Positions 13,750 through 27,320 of a stretch of 64,000 nucleotides of DNA are shown here, piece after piece. Made by a program: the position numbers and the translations under genes. Origin of the DNA: the human T2T-CHM13v2.0 reference genome, Homo sapiens. The number at the start of each line of letters is the position of its first letter. The stretch's first letter is position 1. The stretch lies in NCBI RefSeq assembly GCF_009914755.1, contig NC_060928.1; one strand, 5' to 3'. Below the pieces are notes generated by a model. The model worked only from the letters and a program-made list of their open reading frames with translations. It made no database searches and had not been told where the DNA came from.

Positions 13750-15560
13750 TTCATTATGTAAGCTTTTGTTTCAAATACATGAACTCATAAGCAATATGCA
13801 TTATTATTTTGCATGTTCTTTAAAATTTTTATGTTTACATACAGTACCATGCTATATGCATAAATTTGCTTTTTAAAAAATAACCTTGTTTTTGAGATTT
13901 GTCCATGTTGATACATGTAGTTTTAATTTATTCATTTTAATTATCTTAATTGCCATAGAATATTTTATTATATTAATATACCGTAATTTATTAATTCATT
14001 TTTCTTTGACGGGCATTTAAGTATTAAAAAAATTTTTTTTTTGATTATTACAAAAGTTGCTGCACTGACTACTTGTAAACTTTATTCTTCTGCACATCTT
14101 GTGCACACCTGTAATACACCTAGAAGCAGATTGCTGAATTGTGGAGTTTTAACGTCTTTCACTAGCATTTCTGTCAATTTGCACTACCACCAGTTCCTTT
14201 TGATCAACCAGATCGCCAACACTGGCGTTGCAAATGTTAAGTGTTGCTGATCTGATAGATGTGAAATGGCATCTCATTTCTTGGCATAAATTTTCATTTC
14301 CCTGATTACCAATGAAGTTGAGTATCTTTTTACTTGTTTATTCAGTTGAGGTTTTCTCTTTTTTAATTGCCTGTTTATGTCTTGTCTGTTTTCCCTATTG
14401 GATTACTTGCCTTTTTCCTGTTAATTTGTAGGAATCTTTTATATATTATGATTATTAATCCTTTGTTAGTTTGTTGTGTTGAAAACATCTTCTCACAGAC
14501 TGTGGCTTTCTATATATCTTTTGCTATGTAGAGCTTATTAAGGGTAATGTAGTCAAATTTATCCATCTTTTTCTTTATTGTGTGGATTTTATTGTGTGTT
14601 TCAAAAATCTTCCCTAAACAGTGTCACAAAGATATTCTTCTGTATTTTTCTGAAAAATTTAAATTTTGCTTTTCCTGGAATTATAAGGATTTAATTTTAT
14701 ATTATTTGCATATATGCCATTTTGCATATGTGTAGACAGTTGTACCAGCATCTTATATTGTATAGTGCATTTTTTTGCCTAACAATTTTCAGTTTCCCTC
14801 AGAGTATCTGGCTATCTGTCTATCTGTTTCAGGGCTCTCAATTATTATTATTATTTTTGTTCATCTTTTTACCAATATGATATCTTAATGCTAAAAAATA
14901 AATATCAATATCTCATAGGGCAAATCATCTACTTTGTTCTTCAAAATTGTTTCTGATTTTTTTTTGTCTTTCTGCTCTTCCATAAGTATTTTGCTGTTAG
15001 CTTATTACCACAAAAATATTTTTGGGATTTAGATTGTAATCTCACTTAATTTACAGAATAAATTAGAAGTAAATTGACATATTTGTGATATTGAATCTTT
15101 CCATCCATGAATGTGGTCTATCTTGCTATTTATTTAGGTCTTCTTTTATGTCTGCCAATAATATTTATAATTTTTTAATAAAGGTCTTCTATATCTAAAA
15201 TCAGACTTATTCCTGATAACTTATACCTTCTTAAAAATATAATTTTGAGTGGAATATTTTTTCTAATACATTTTCTAACTGTTATATAGGAACTGTATTG
15301 ATTTTTAAAATTCTGATCTTGTATTTAGTAACTTTTCACATTTGTCTTAATAACTTTATTTTGGTTTATATATATATATATATTTGTGTGCAAATAATAA
15401 ATGCCTGTGTCTCTTCATTTGTGATTATTTTACCTCTTAAAATGTTCTTGTCAAGGACATTACCTAGGATAATGTTAAATATGAACAGAAATAGTAATCA
15501 TCCTTGTTCTGGTTCTGATTATAATGGAAGTGCTTCTAAATTTTCGTCATTACATGCCTT
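13750..15560 (-). mobile_element. Old L1ME fragment
   Basis: Antisense L1 motifs: gagatttgtccatgttgatacatgtag, catttccctgattaccaatgaagttgag, gatattgaatctttccatccatgaa. Confidence 0.75.
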
Positions 15561-15606
15561 CAATTTGTCTTTAAATGCAGTAATTGTTTTCAGAGATAAA
15601 GGCTAC

Positions 15607-16187
15607 TGAAAGCAAATAAATTATTTGTATAGTAAACCATATTCGTAAAAATATTTTAGGAACTTACAGAATAGGAGAGCCTGTAGAATTGAAAACTGTG
15701 CCACTAAGAGTGTTCCAAATCCCACTGCAAGGTAAGTATGAAGAGACCAACAACCTCCCAAACTGGTACAGAAATTACTTCAAAGTGACAACATATGAGC
15801 TTCAGAAGATGCAGAAAGAAATCATATCTGAAATTCTCTTATCTGACTAGTGCAGAGCTTTTAGAGGGTCGGCCACCGCAGCTGCTCCCTGCCCCTACCC
15901 CTGGTCTCCACTCAGAGTGGCACTCACCGTGGGCTCCAGTCCATTCTAAAAACATTGCATAAACAAGCCTCATCAGAACCCTCCATCCTTTCATGCCCTA
16001 ACATACCCCGGATTCCTTACTTAAGCTAATGTATGCTCTTTACTCCCAGACGTTCTGGGAGCTGCTCTCTCTACAGGGTACTCCTGCAGGTGCAATGCAT
16101 GTTTCTCCTGTTAATCTATCATCAGTTAACTTGCAGGCCGCCAGTCGGCGGAACTAAGTTGGTAGTGGAGAAGTTTTTTTCCCAACA
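15607..16187 (+). mobile_element. Probable ERV1 (MER4-group) solo LTR, family unresolved
   Basis: 3' end tctcctgttaatctatc...gaagtttttttcccaaca resembles MER4-group LTR ends; 5' boundary uncertain. Confidence 0.45.
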
Positions 16188-16309
16188 GTGAACACTTCAC
16201 AGCTGCTGCTGCTGGGCACAGACATGGTGGCTTGCACTGCTGATATCCCCACGTAAGACACATTTTAAAAAATTTTTTATTTTTCAAAATTACATATTAA
16301 ACATGTTTT

Positions 16310-16945
16310 TATTAATTTTTTTATAGAAGCAGGGAGTACAGGGGCAGGTTTCTCACATGCAGATACTGCATAGCGGTGGAGCCTGGGATTTGGCATCCCT
16401 GACATCTGAACAGTGAACATGGTACCCAGTAGTAAATGTTCAGCCCTCACCCCCTTCTATCAGCTCACCGTGTGTAGTCCCCGATGTCTGTTATTCCACA
16501 CTGTGTCTCTGTGTGTACCCGCTGTTTAACTTCCACTTATAAATGAGAACATGCGGTATTGGACTCCCTGTTTCTGAGTTATTTCTCTTAGTGTAATGGC
16601 CTCCAGTTCTATCCATGTTGCTGCCAAAGACATGATTTCATTCTTTCTTATGGCTGAGTAGTATTCTTGGTGTACATACACCACATTTTCTGTATATGAA
16701 GACATTCATCTGTGGATGGACACTTAGGTGGGTTCCCTATCTTAGCTATTGTGAGCAGTGCTGTGAAAAACATGAGTGCAGAGATTTTGAATATAATGAT
16801 TTCTTTTCCTTTAGGTAGATACCCAGTACCTGGTAGATACCCAGCAATGGGATTGCTGATCATAAAGTAGCTGTATTTTTAGTTCTTTGAGAAATCTCCA
16901 TATTGTTTTCCATAAAAGTTGTACTAATTTACATTCCTGCCGGCA
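16310..16945 (-). mobile_element. L1PB (L1PB3/4-like) 3' end
   Basis: Antisense 3'UTR (acagtgaacatggtacccagtag; cacttataaatgagaacatgcggtattt) and ORF2 C-terminus remnant (ORF 16648..16863). Confidence 0.85.
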
Positions 16946-17318
16946 GTCGCAGGCACTTTAAAAACGACTGCCTTTGAAACCAGATGTAGCTGCAGCAATG
17001 ACGTGCCCCTTGGCTGCACGTGCCCTTGGACACCCCCACCTTGCTCTGTGGATTCCGCATGGCCCTGCTTCTCAGGTCAGCAGCCCAGCAGGTTCAAGGT
17101 GCAGGAGTGGGTCTGTTGGGCTGGCAGAACCCGATTGTGTATCTATACTCCCCAGCTGCCAGGGAGTTTGAGGAGACAAGAGCTGGTCATTTTTCAGCTT
17201 CCATATTAGTTGGTGGGCTCCATCTCAAAAGGTGGATACTCCTTGAAAGAAAACACTTCAGATGCTGTAGCTGACAAGATGTAAACAGGCGATATAGGCT
17301 TTCAAAGCTGCCAGAGAG

Positions 17319-17625
17319 ATGACTGTGGTGGCTCACATCTGTAATCCCGGCACTTTGGGAGGCCGAGGTGAATGGATCACTGAGGCTGAGACAAGCCTGG
17401 GCAAAATAACGAGATCCCATCTCTACAAAAAATTAAAAAATTTTAGCCGGGTATGTGGCCAACCTGTAGTCCAGTCCTCAGGAGGCTGAGGCAGGAGAAT
17501 GGCTTGAGACCCAGGAATTTGAGGCTGCAGTGACCAATGATCTCACCACTGCACTCCAGCCTGGGTGAGAGCAAGGCCCAGTCTCAAAAAGGAAAGCAAA
17601 ACAAAACAAACAAACACACAACCTG
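17319..17625 (+). mobile_element. AluJ
   Basis: J-type diagnostics (gaggctgcagtg); TSD aaagctgcca at 17304-17313 and 17626-17635. Confidence 0.92.
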
Positions 17626-19452
17626 AAAGCTGCCAAACAGTTCTTTACCTGGACTCAGGGGAAGGGCAAATTTTCCTTTTCTTCTGGCTGGAAATTTAGG
17701 AATGCTCATTTTCATAGACCAGACACCATTCAGGCATTAAATCTGTGACACAGCATTCAGCTCTACACATAATTAATGTATTAAATGCCTGGCATATTAA
17801 GTGCAAACTTTACAAGTCACAACAAGATTGCCCTAACTGCCAAATTAGGGTGCTATGCCCAAACAATTTTTGCCTTAAACATCATTACCCATAATAATCT
17901 GTGGGATCTGAGCTCGGCTGGGTATCTGGCTGGTGATGTGTGAGGTCGAGTGGAACGCAGCTGCCTCCTCCTCAGCCCTGTTAGTTAAGCACCGCTAAGC
18001 AGTGGAAACCGGCGTTTGTGAGCTTGTCCAGTACAGGTACATGTTAATTTCACTTAGCCATTTATGAGTTAGAAGACACACAAGCTGTCCAATTAAAAAC
18101 ACCCTTTTGTACAGCCTCTTTTCAGACCCAAACCATACTTTCATACAAAGGAATGCATAAATATACATGATAATTGACTCTAATGACAGGAAAAGAATGT
18201 GATGAAACATTTCCTGATAAAATCTAGTCTCAGCATGCAAAGAGGATCAGGCCTCCTCTTCAGTCATTGTGATTTACAATATAAAGGGTGAAATTCTAAA
18301 GGGTGAAGATATTTTCTTCTAAATGGATAATATATGTATGTAGAAGAGCAGAGACCTTTGTGTTATCTGGACAAGTAAAAATTATAAATGCTCTCTAGCT
18401 GGAAAAGAAAAATTCCACTTGACAAGTCAGCCTTCCTTCATGGTCTTTTTCGTTTCTAGGTATCAAGTCAATTTTTCAGTTCTTCGTACGATTTTTGTCA
18501 TGCTCCTGATTATAAAGCAGTTAGGCTTAGGAAGCAGCATGAGAAGGGCATTGTTTCTGCGCTGTCTCCCATTGTTTTTTAGGGCATGCCTCTAGACACA
18601 CTTCCCTATTCTATTATGAATCTGGCACTCTTCAGAGATATGGAATGCAATTATAATGGTCAAGGATCTCAGTGTGTGAAAATGAATCTTTAAAACTAGA
18701 CACAATTGTTAGAACACAATTGCAAGGCCTTCGATAAACATTCCACGCATCTTAGAGGTGGAGGAAAGCACAGAGACTTCCTTGCGTATAATGCTACACA
18801 TTAATAAAGCCCAATGTGACAGTTTTTGGATGGATAGTTTATCGGATTTCTTATCTTAAAGTTATTCAGTGCTGAGCTTCTCACAGAAATAGCTTTAGTC
18901 CTCTTAGGAAAAGAATTGAAAAGGTACGCAGGCAAATAGAACTCTGGGGTAATGAACAAATATTCCATCTGATTCAAAACAGGATTTTAGTGATTAGAAT
19001 AATTGTCAACAAAACAAAGACCTTGATAGTACATTAAACAGCAAGCACCTGACAGATGGAGTGTTTATAATGCACATTATGTTGGAAGAACAGGCAAAGT
19101 CTCTTGTTTTACACATGGGTGCCTTTCCACCGTAATAATTAAAGTAGTTTTAGTAACCAATATGAAAATATTTTTAGCCAATTTAAATAATATGTATTTT
19201 CAAATAGTACAAATCATTTGCTGAAACAGACTTCCGAAACCAAATTATGGGATTAGTAGTTTATAACTTTGAATGTATAATCTTTTACAAATATCCATTC
19301 ACGTCAAATATTCATTCTGGTACAAATTTAAGAACCAGATATGATATGTAAAATGGCCATCTATGGCCGCCCCCAGAAATTGTCTTATACTTTAAGCTAC
19401 TTTTCTCACCTTTTTGCTCTAAACAACGCTGGCAAATGAACTTCCAGCTTTA

Positions 19453-19654
<202 letters not shown>

Positions 19655-19699
19655 AAAGTGGCCCCGGGGCCCACGGTGCTGGGAATTGATGTGGTGGGA

Positions 19700-20420
19700 G
19701 AGTAAGACTCAGGCTGCCTCTCCGCGTTCTGGGGGACGCTGGAAGCGGAGGCTGTCCCTCGCCTTCCTGCCACTCCTCCCGCCTTCCTGCCACTCCTCCC
19801 GCCTTCCTGCCACTCCTCCCGCCTTCCTGCCACTCCTCCCGCCTTCCTGCCACTCCTCCCGCCTTCCTGCCACTCCTCCCGCCTTCCTGCCCTCCGCTGC
19901 CTGTGGCTCCTCACTTCCCCGGCCGTGCCGTCAGGGGCGCTCCAGAGCAGCCCCGGTGCCCACGTCTCATCGCAGCCCTCTGGCAGGACAGCGCGCGTCT
20001 AAACTAAGCCGAGGCGCACTTCGCTAAGGGGACCTCTCCGTTTGGACAATCCCGACGCCCGGCTCTACGTGAGGCGTTTTTCCCTCGTTCTCATTCATGG
20101 GCGGCGCTGGGCATTCTCTGCCATCCTTAGGGGTCCTCCACAGCATGCGGGAGGCCGGCGCCCCAGGGCTCTTTCACCCCCCGCTGCTCTCGTTCCTCCA
20201 CGTGTTCTCCCGAGCGACCCACCCGCGTTCATGGTCCCAAACCCCCACCTAACCTCCAGCCAGCGCCCTTCTCCCGAGCTCCAGGCCCCTCCAGCTCCAG
20301 TGTGGGCATCGTCCCCTGGTTCTCCTCAAGTCCACTTACACTCAGCCTCTTCCAGGCGGAATTCCTCATCTCCCACACAACCCTTTGCCGCTCTGGTATC
20401 AGCTGGTGGCTTCTCCGTGG
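19700..20420. promoter_or_regulatory. CpG-island-like unique sequence (candidate promoter/enhancer)
   Basis: High GC and dense CpG outside recognisable transposons, contiguous with the CpG-rich LTR12 U3. Function inferred only. Confidence 0.6.
19761..19890. repeat. Perfect 20-bp minisatellite (gccttcctgccactcctccc) x6.5
   Basis: Directly counted: six identical units plus a half unit. Confidence 0.98.
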
Positions 20421-20579
20421 CCATGCAGAGAATAGAGACAGAGCTTGAAACTGATGTGCACATGAGTGAGATTCTTCAGCAAGGTGACAGACAGGAGGGT
20501 AAAGAGGAAGTAGGATGAGCTCTTTGCTTTGAGTTTCTGTTTTCCAGGTCGGCTTGATTGGAAAGAGGGATGGCCGTGG

Positions 20580-21989
20580 TGAGAGTTGACAGTGTGCTGG
20601 TAGCCCTCGCAGCCCACGCTCGCTCTTGGCGCCTCCTCTGCCTGGGCTCCCACTTTGACGGCACTTGAGGAGCCCTCCAGCCCGCCGCCGCACTGTGGGA
20701 GCCCCTTGCTGGGCTGGCCGAGACCGGAGCCAGCTCCCTCAGCTTGCAGGGAGGTGTGGAGGGAGAGGCATGGGCGGGAACCAGGGCTTCGCGGGTGCCT
20801 GCGGGCCAGCACGAGTTCCGGGTGGGCGTGGGCTCAGCGGGCCTCACACTGGGAGCCGCAGGCCGGCTCGCAAGTCCCGGGCAGTGAGGAGCTTACTACC
20901 CGGGCCAGCAGCTGCGGAGGGTGTGCCGGGTCCCCCAGCAGTGCCGGCCCACCGGCTCTGTGCTGGATTTCTTGCCGTGCCTTAGCTGCCTCCCCTCGGG
21001 CAGGGCTGGGGACCTGCAGCCTGCCATGCCTGAGTCTCCCTCCGCACTGCCAGATGCTCCTGCCGGGCCTGAGTCTCCCCGACGAGCGCTGCCCCATGTT
21101 CCACGGCGCCCGATCCCATCCACTGCCCAAGGTCTGAGGAGTGCTAGCGCACGGCGACGGAGTGGCAGGCAGCTCCACCTGCGGCCCCGGTGTGAGATCC
21201 ACTGGATGAAGCCAGCTGGACTCCTGAGTCTGGTGGGGACTTGGAGAATCTTTATGTCTAGCTGGGGGATTGTGAATGCACCAATCAGCACTCTGTATCT
21301 AGCTCAAGGTTTGTAAACACACCAATCAGCACCCTGTGTCTAGCTCAGGGTTTGTGAATGCACCAATCGACACTGTGTTTCTAGCTAATTTAGTGGGGCC
21401 GTGGAGAACTTTTGTGTCGAACTCAGGGATTGTAAACGCACCAATCAGCACTCTGTCAAAATGGACCAATCAGCTCTCTGTAAAACAGACCAATCGGCTC
21501 TCTGTAAAATGGACCAATCAGCAGGATGTGGGTGGGGCCAGATAAGAGAATAAAAGCAGGCTGCTCCGCGCTAGCACTAGCAAGTTGCTAGAGTGTCCTG
21601 CCACAGTGAAAGTTTTGTTCTTTAGCTCTTTGCAATAAATCTTGCTACTGCCCACTCTTTGGGTTTACACTGCATTTATGAGCTGTAACACTCATGGTGA
21701 AGATTTACAGGTTCAGTCCTGAAGCCAGCGAGACAAAGAACCCACTGGGAAGAACAAACAACTCCAGACGCCCCAACTTAAGAGCTGTTAACACCCGAAG
21801 ATCTGCAGCTTCACTTTTGAGCCAGCGAGACCACGAACCCACCAGAAGGAAGAAACTCTGAACAGGCTGGAACGTCAGAAGGAACAAACTCAGGACATGC
21901 CACCTTTAAGAACTGTAACACTCACTGTGAGGGTCTGCGGCTTCATTCTTGAAGGCTGTGAGACCAAGAACCCACCAATTTCGGACACA
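20580..21989 (+). mobile_element. LTR12C (ERV9) solo LTR, ~1410 bp
   Basis: Starts tgagagttgacagtgtgctgg and ends cccaccaatttcggacaca; CCAAT tandem repeats and U5 repeats; 4-bp flanks gtgg/ctgg. Confidence 0.95.
21275..21600 (+). promoter_or_regulatory. LTR12 enhancer/promoter: 7 CCAAT (NF-Y) boxes, GT/CACCC box, GATA, AATAAAA TATA-like box
   Basis: ccaatc seven times in 21281-21520, gggtgggg ~21530, agataa ~21540, aataaaa ~21549; the established ERV9 LTR promoter layout. Confidence 0.75.
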
Positions 21990-22012
21990 CTGGGACCACC
22001 CTCGCTGACTGG

Positions 22013-22078
22013 AGGTAATATTGGTTTTTGCTGTTGAAATTAATGACAAAAAGCGTGATTACCTTTGCACCAACCTAA
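22013..22078. mobile_element. Partial MADE1 (Hsmar1-derived MITE)
   Basis: Right TIR attacctttgcaccaacctaa present; left TIR truncated. Confidence 0.8.
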
Positions 22079-23104
22079 ATGTAAGTAGCCGAGGGCCAGT
22101 GTGGTGGTGCTGTGATGCCTTCTATGTCGCAGGCTGTTTTTGTTTTTAATTTCTCCATCCTTATTAGTGCTTTTCCTTAAGGTCACCTCAGGTCCACAGA
22201 CAAGGCTGCTGAGCCTCCAGCTATCCTGCCCATGTTCTATTTAAGAAAGAAGGGACAGGAGCAAAGATGTTTTCCAGCAATCTCATCCAATGCATTTGCT
22301 GACATTTCACTGGCCACCCCATCAGGAAGGAAAGCCAGACATTTTTTTTCTGCACCTAGAAATTTACAGGTTTTATTAGTTAAGAATATGGTTTAGTAGA
22401 CTTTGGGTAGGAAACTAGCAGTCGCTGATGTGTGAGGGATTCTAAAAATAAGCTTGGACTTTTAAAAACATGTCTGATATGTTTGTGCCCTGTAGATCCA
22501 TGTCACTTGGCAAAGTTCCTCCAGAGTTATCTAGAATTTTTCCTTTATTTCAATATCTCATCAATTGCTCCCGATCAGTTGCCAAACCTTGCCAGTTTCA
22601 AGTCCCAGAATGTAAACTAAATCTGTTTCCTCCTCTTCATTCCTGATACCACTTCCCTAGTTCAGGCCCTGCTGTTCCTCGCTAGGTCGCTGGCACCACC
22701 TCTTGACTGTGTCCTTTGAGTAGGGAGAGTAAAGCATGAACGGTGCCAGCTCTACAGCTGGAGCTTGGCTTTTCTTGGGGGGGGGGGGGTAAATAAATTA
22801 AACAGAAAATGCTGGTAGTTCCTGTGGTGTATCTGAGCTATCTGTTTAAATAGCTGATTCGTTCATCATTAGGTGTCCAAGGACAGTGACTTGCCTTATT
22901 CTGCTCTTATTCTCCAGCACTTGAGGCAATCATTCCCAGATAGTGGAACCTCGAATGGCAGACACTGTGGTTCTCCTGCGGGGCTGAGAACTGTGAGGAG
23001 CAGAGCAGACTTCATGGAGCTCCACAAGTCACATACACAGGCGGCTGTTGGCTATTTCCGCTTTCTCCTCTGGAATTGGCAGCGGACTAAGTGGGCCCTA
23101 CTTA

Positions 23105-23184
23105 TTAGGTTGGTGCAAAAGTAATCGCGATTCTTGCCATTAAAAGTAATGGCAAAAGCTGCGATTACTTTTGCACCAATCTTA
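23105..23184. mobile_element. MADE1 MITE, full 80 bp palindrome
   Basis: ttaggttggtgcaaaagtaatcgc...gcgattacttttgcaccaatctta, preceded by TA. Confidence 0.93.
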
Positions 23185-23299
23185 CTATATATATATTATT
23201 TTTTCAAATCTCAGTTTTATTCTCATTCCAGCATCCTAATGCTTTCCCTTTGGATTTTTTTTTCTAATCTTGAGAAGTTTGTGTTTTCAGTGTAGTAAT

Positions 23300-23490
23300 A
23301 ACAATAATAGTGTTCTTAGCACACGCGTTACGCCAAGGGCTTTTAAAAGATACTTTTCATAAACCAACTCACTTAATTCTCACAACAACTTTTGAAGTAG
23401 TCCACTTTCTAATCCTCATTTTACAGATAAGGAAACTGAGGCACACAAGGTCAGCTAACCTGCCCGAGGTCTCTAGCTAGTGACTGGAAG
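23300..23490 (-). mobile_element. MIR
   Basis: MIR core cattttacagataaggaaactgaggcac; further MIR pieces near 23620-23860. Confidence 0.8.
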
Positions 23491-23904
23491 AGGTGTTCTC
23501 TGGATATTATTTGAATCTCAGTCTCGCTATATTTCTTCGTCATGACTGTAACTTTCCCCCTGTATTTCTAAATATTTTAATCTCTTGATCATATAGCATA
23601 CGTTGATTTAATAAATCACTTTTACATGCATTATCGTATTTGGTATTCATCACAGCTCTCTGAGGTGGGTAAGGGAGATTTGGTTACTTCTTTCTGACAA
23701 ATGAGAAAAATGATGCTCATAGACACTGTTAGTTAGAAGCACAGGGCGTTAATTCTGGAAGTGTTTTAAAGATTACCCAATCCAGCCACTCAACTTTTAG
23801 GAAATTGAGCGTCAGAAAAATAAATGCCTTTCTCTAGTTCCCACAGCTGGCTGCAGTACCAATCACCTGCCTCTGAGTTCATTGCCAGCTGGGTGCTGTG
23901 GAAC

Positions 23905-24025
23905 TTACCTTGACTTTGGAGTTAATTATCCAACTTCTCTGAGCTATAGTTTACCCTTTATAAAATGAGGGCATGATTATGCTTCATAAGACTGTTGTGA
24001 AACATAAATAAAGTTAATATGTGCT
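23905..24025 (+). mobile_element. MIR
   Basis: aacttctctgagctatagtttaccctttataaaatgaggg...ctgttgtga core. Confidence 0.65.
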
Positions 24026-24679
24026 GGGCCTAACACAACCCAGATATCCATGAAAAGGGGTCAGGCTTTTTTTGCCCACTCCTCATTTTACCTTTTCTGT
24101 AACGCTGTCGTGAGGACATAAAATAAGTTGCTATTCTATAGCATGTATTTTATTCTATACCATGGGGCTAGGAAATAAAAACCCTGCCCATCCCCTGCTC
24201 TCTGATGTTTTTTTCTGAACTAGTTTCACGTGCCTCCTTTTACTTGCCATAATCTTTGGCTGCGGAAAACCTCCAGGCCCAATCAATCAGGTTGCTTCTA
24301 CTCTCTCCAGGCTTTGTTTGCAGCCTGAACTCCAGGGTCCATCACGTCAATCGTACTCTTGCCACTGTTTTTGCACTCCCTTACCCGCTTTGCTCAGCAA
24401 AACTCCAGTCCCCCGTCAGTCCAAACACCCGATTTCCCCACCCGTGCACCAGTGCTGCTGCTGCAGGTGACACTGTGAACTTGCTACACGTTCTTGGGCT
24501 CACCCCAGCAGGGCCCTCCGTTCTGCAGAGCGATCATTTCCAGTTCTAGTCCTGTTTCCCTCACAGCTCTTTGAGATTTTCGTGTCATTCCTCAAACTCC
24601 AGACCTCACCACCTCACCTTATAGCAAGAGTGTTTGGTACTCTGCTGAGAAAAGCAGTCATCCTCATGGAAGATCGCTA

Positions 24680-24870
24680 ACGTCAGCAGGGTGCTTTCTG
24701 TGGGGCAGACATTGGGGCAAGTCCACCATTTATGTCATTTCGTCCATCTTCACCAGAGTGCCAGGTAGTAGATATCGTTATGATTGTTCCATTTTAGAGG
24801 GGAAGCAGCTTAAGCTCAGAGAGGTTGTGTAACTTCTCCAAGGTGGAACAACTGGGGGAAGAGAGCCACA
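24680..24870 (-). mobile_element. MIR (MIRb-like)
   Basis: ccattttagaggggaag...gctcagagaggttgtgtaacttctccaagg. Confidence 0.65.
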
Positions 24871-25377
24871 AGCAGCTCATGGCTTGCCTCTAGAGCTGAC
24901 CTATTAAGTATCAAACAACAAATTCCTCTATGTTCTCCCCTGTACACAACAAACTTATCTTCGTTAATTTTTAAAAATTAGGTTTAAAAAATTTTCTGAT
25001 TTATTCATGCATACAATTTAAAGAGGCAAACAGGTATGAGGAAACAGCAGCCCCTGACCTTCTTATCCTTAACTTCCACTTCCCCAGAAGCAGCCACTTT
25101 TAACTGAATTTGTTTGGCACTTACATCCACGCTTGTAAGTATCACGCTGATGCTGCCACTCACTGATATGTCCATTTGATCCCCTCTGTGGACTTCCCAC
25201 GGGGGAGCATGAGGGTTTAGCTCTTCCACACAGCAACACCCCTTTCTCTCAACACAGACAACACATTTTCTGTCTGTCCCATCTTCCTATAAGTTGTACT
25301 CATTTATGTAAGATATAAATGCTAATCATGACTACGCACAGGTATGTTATCATTACTTTTCCTCTTCTGAACATTGG

Positions 25378-25846
25378 TGTGAGGCCTAAAATTAAGGCCC
25401 TGTGGTATATGCTGCCCTGACCTTTGGTGAAACCAGGAAGGCATCAAATGGTCTAACCTCAAGTTCCCCTCAAGCCTGCACCTGTGGATAAGGTCCCTTG
25501 GCTAAACACCCCTCCTTACTGAGCGGACCAGGCACAGTTCCTGCCTATTCCTGAGTAACAAGTTTCGGTTCCCTACCAGCCTGGAGTTTTATTCAGACAA
25601 GCCAATCACACCCTCCCATGGGGACCAGGGGTCACCTCACCCGCGTGGTACTACAAAGCCTGGCTCCCGCCGCCTGGTTGCTCACTCTGCTCCTGAGGGC
25701 CTGAGTGGTGGGCATCGCTCTTCTCCCCTGGGCTGTGAGCACTTGCTGTTAATCAACGGCCATCGATCTTACCTGGCCAGTGTCTGGCGTTGTGGGTCCA
25801 GCCATTCCTCCCTCAACGAAGAGGTGTATAGAAAGCGAGTAAAACA
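25378..25846 (+). mobile_element. LTR47-like ERVL solo LTR
   Basis: Starts tgtgaggcctaaaattaaggcc; ggataaggtccc, gaccaggcacagttcctgc and agccaatcac motifs; ends aaaaca. Confidence 0.7.
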
Positions 25847-25989
25847 CACGTCACTTTGTGTTTCTAGGGTTGATCCGAATCTGCTCGGTTTTCCAGTGTA
25901 TACATCCTCTCCCAATCCCTTCAAACTTTAATGTCGAGTTCCTCTTCTTGGTGACTCTGACCTCTGGTCTAGCTTGGTGGGTCACTTAC

Positions 25990-27320
<1,331 letters not shown>

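Noticed and set aside
16814-16844. 13-bp duplication ggtagatacccag in L1PB (and 15-bp tandem at 779-808)
   Set aside because: Ordinary slippage micro-duplications inside dead repeats.
19761-19890. CRISPR-like array (also 37404-37480 and the LTR12 CCAAT repeats)
   Set aside because: Head-to-tail repeats without unique spacers, no cas genes, eukaryotic context.
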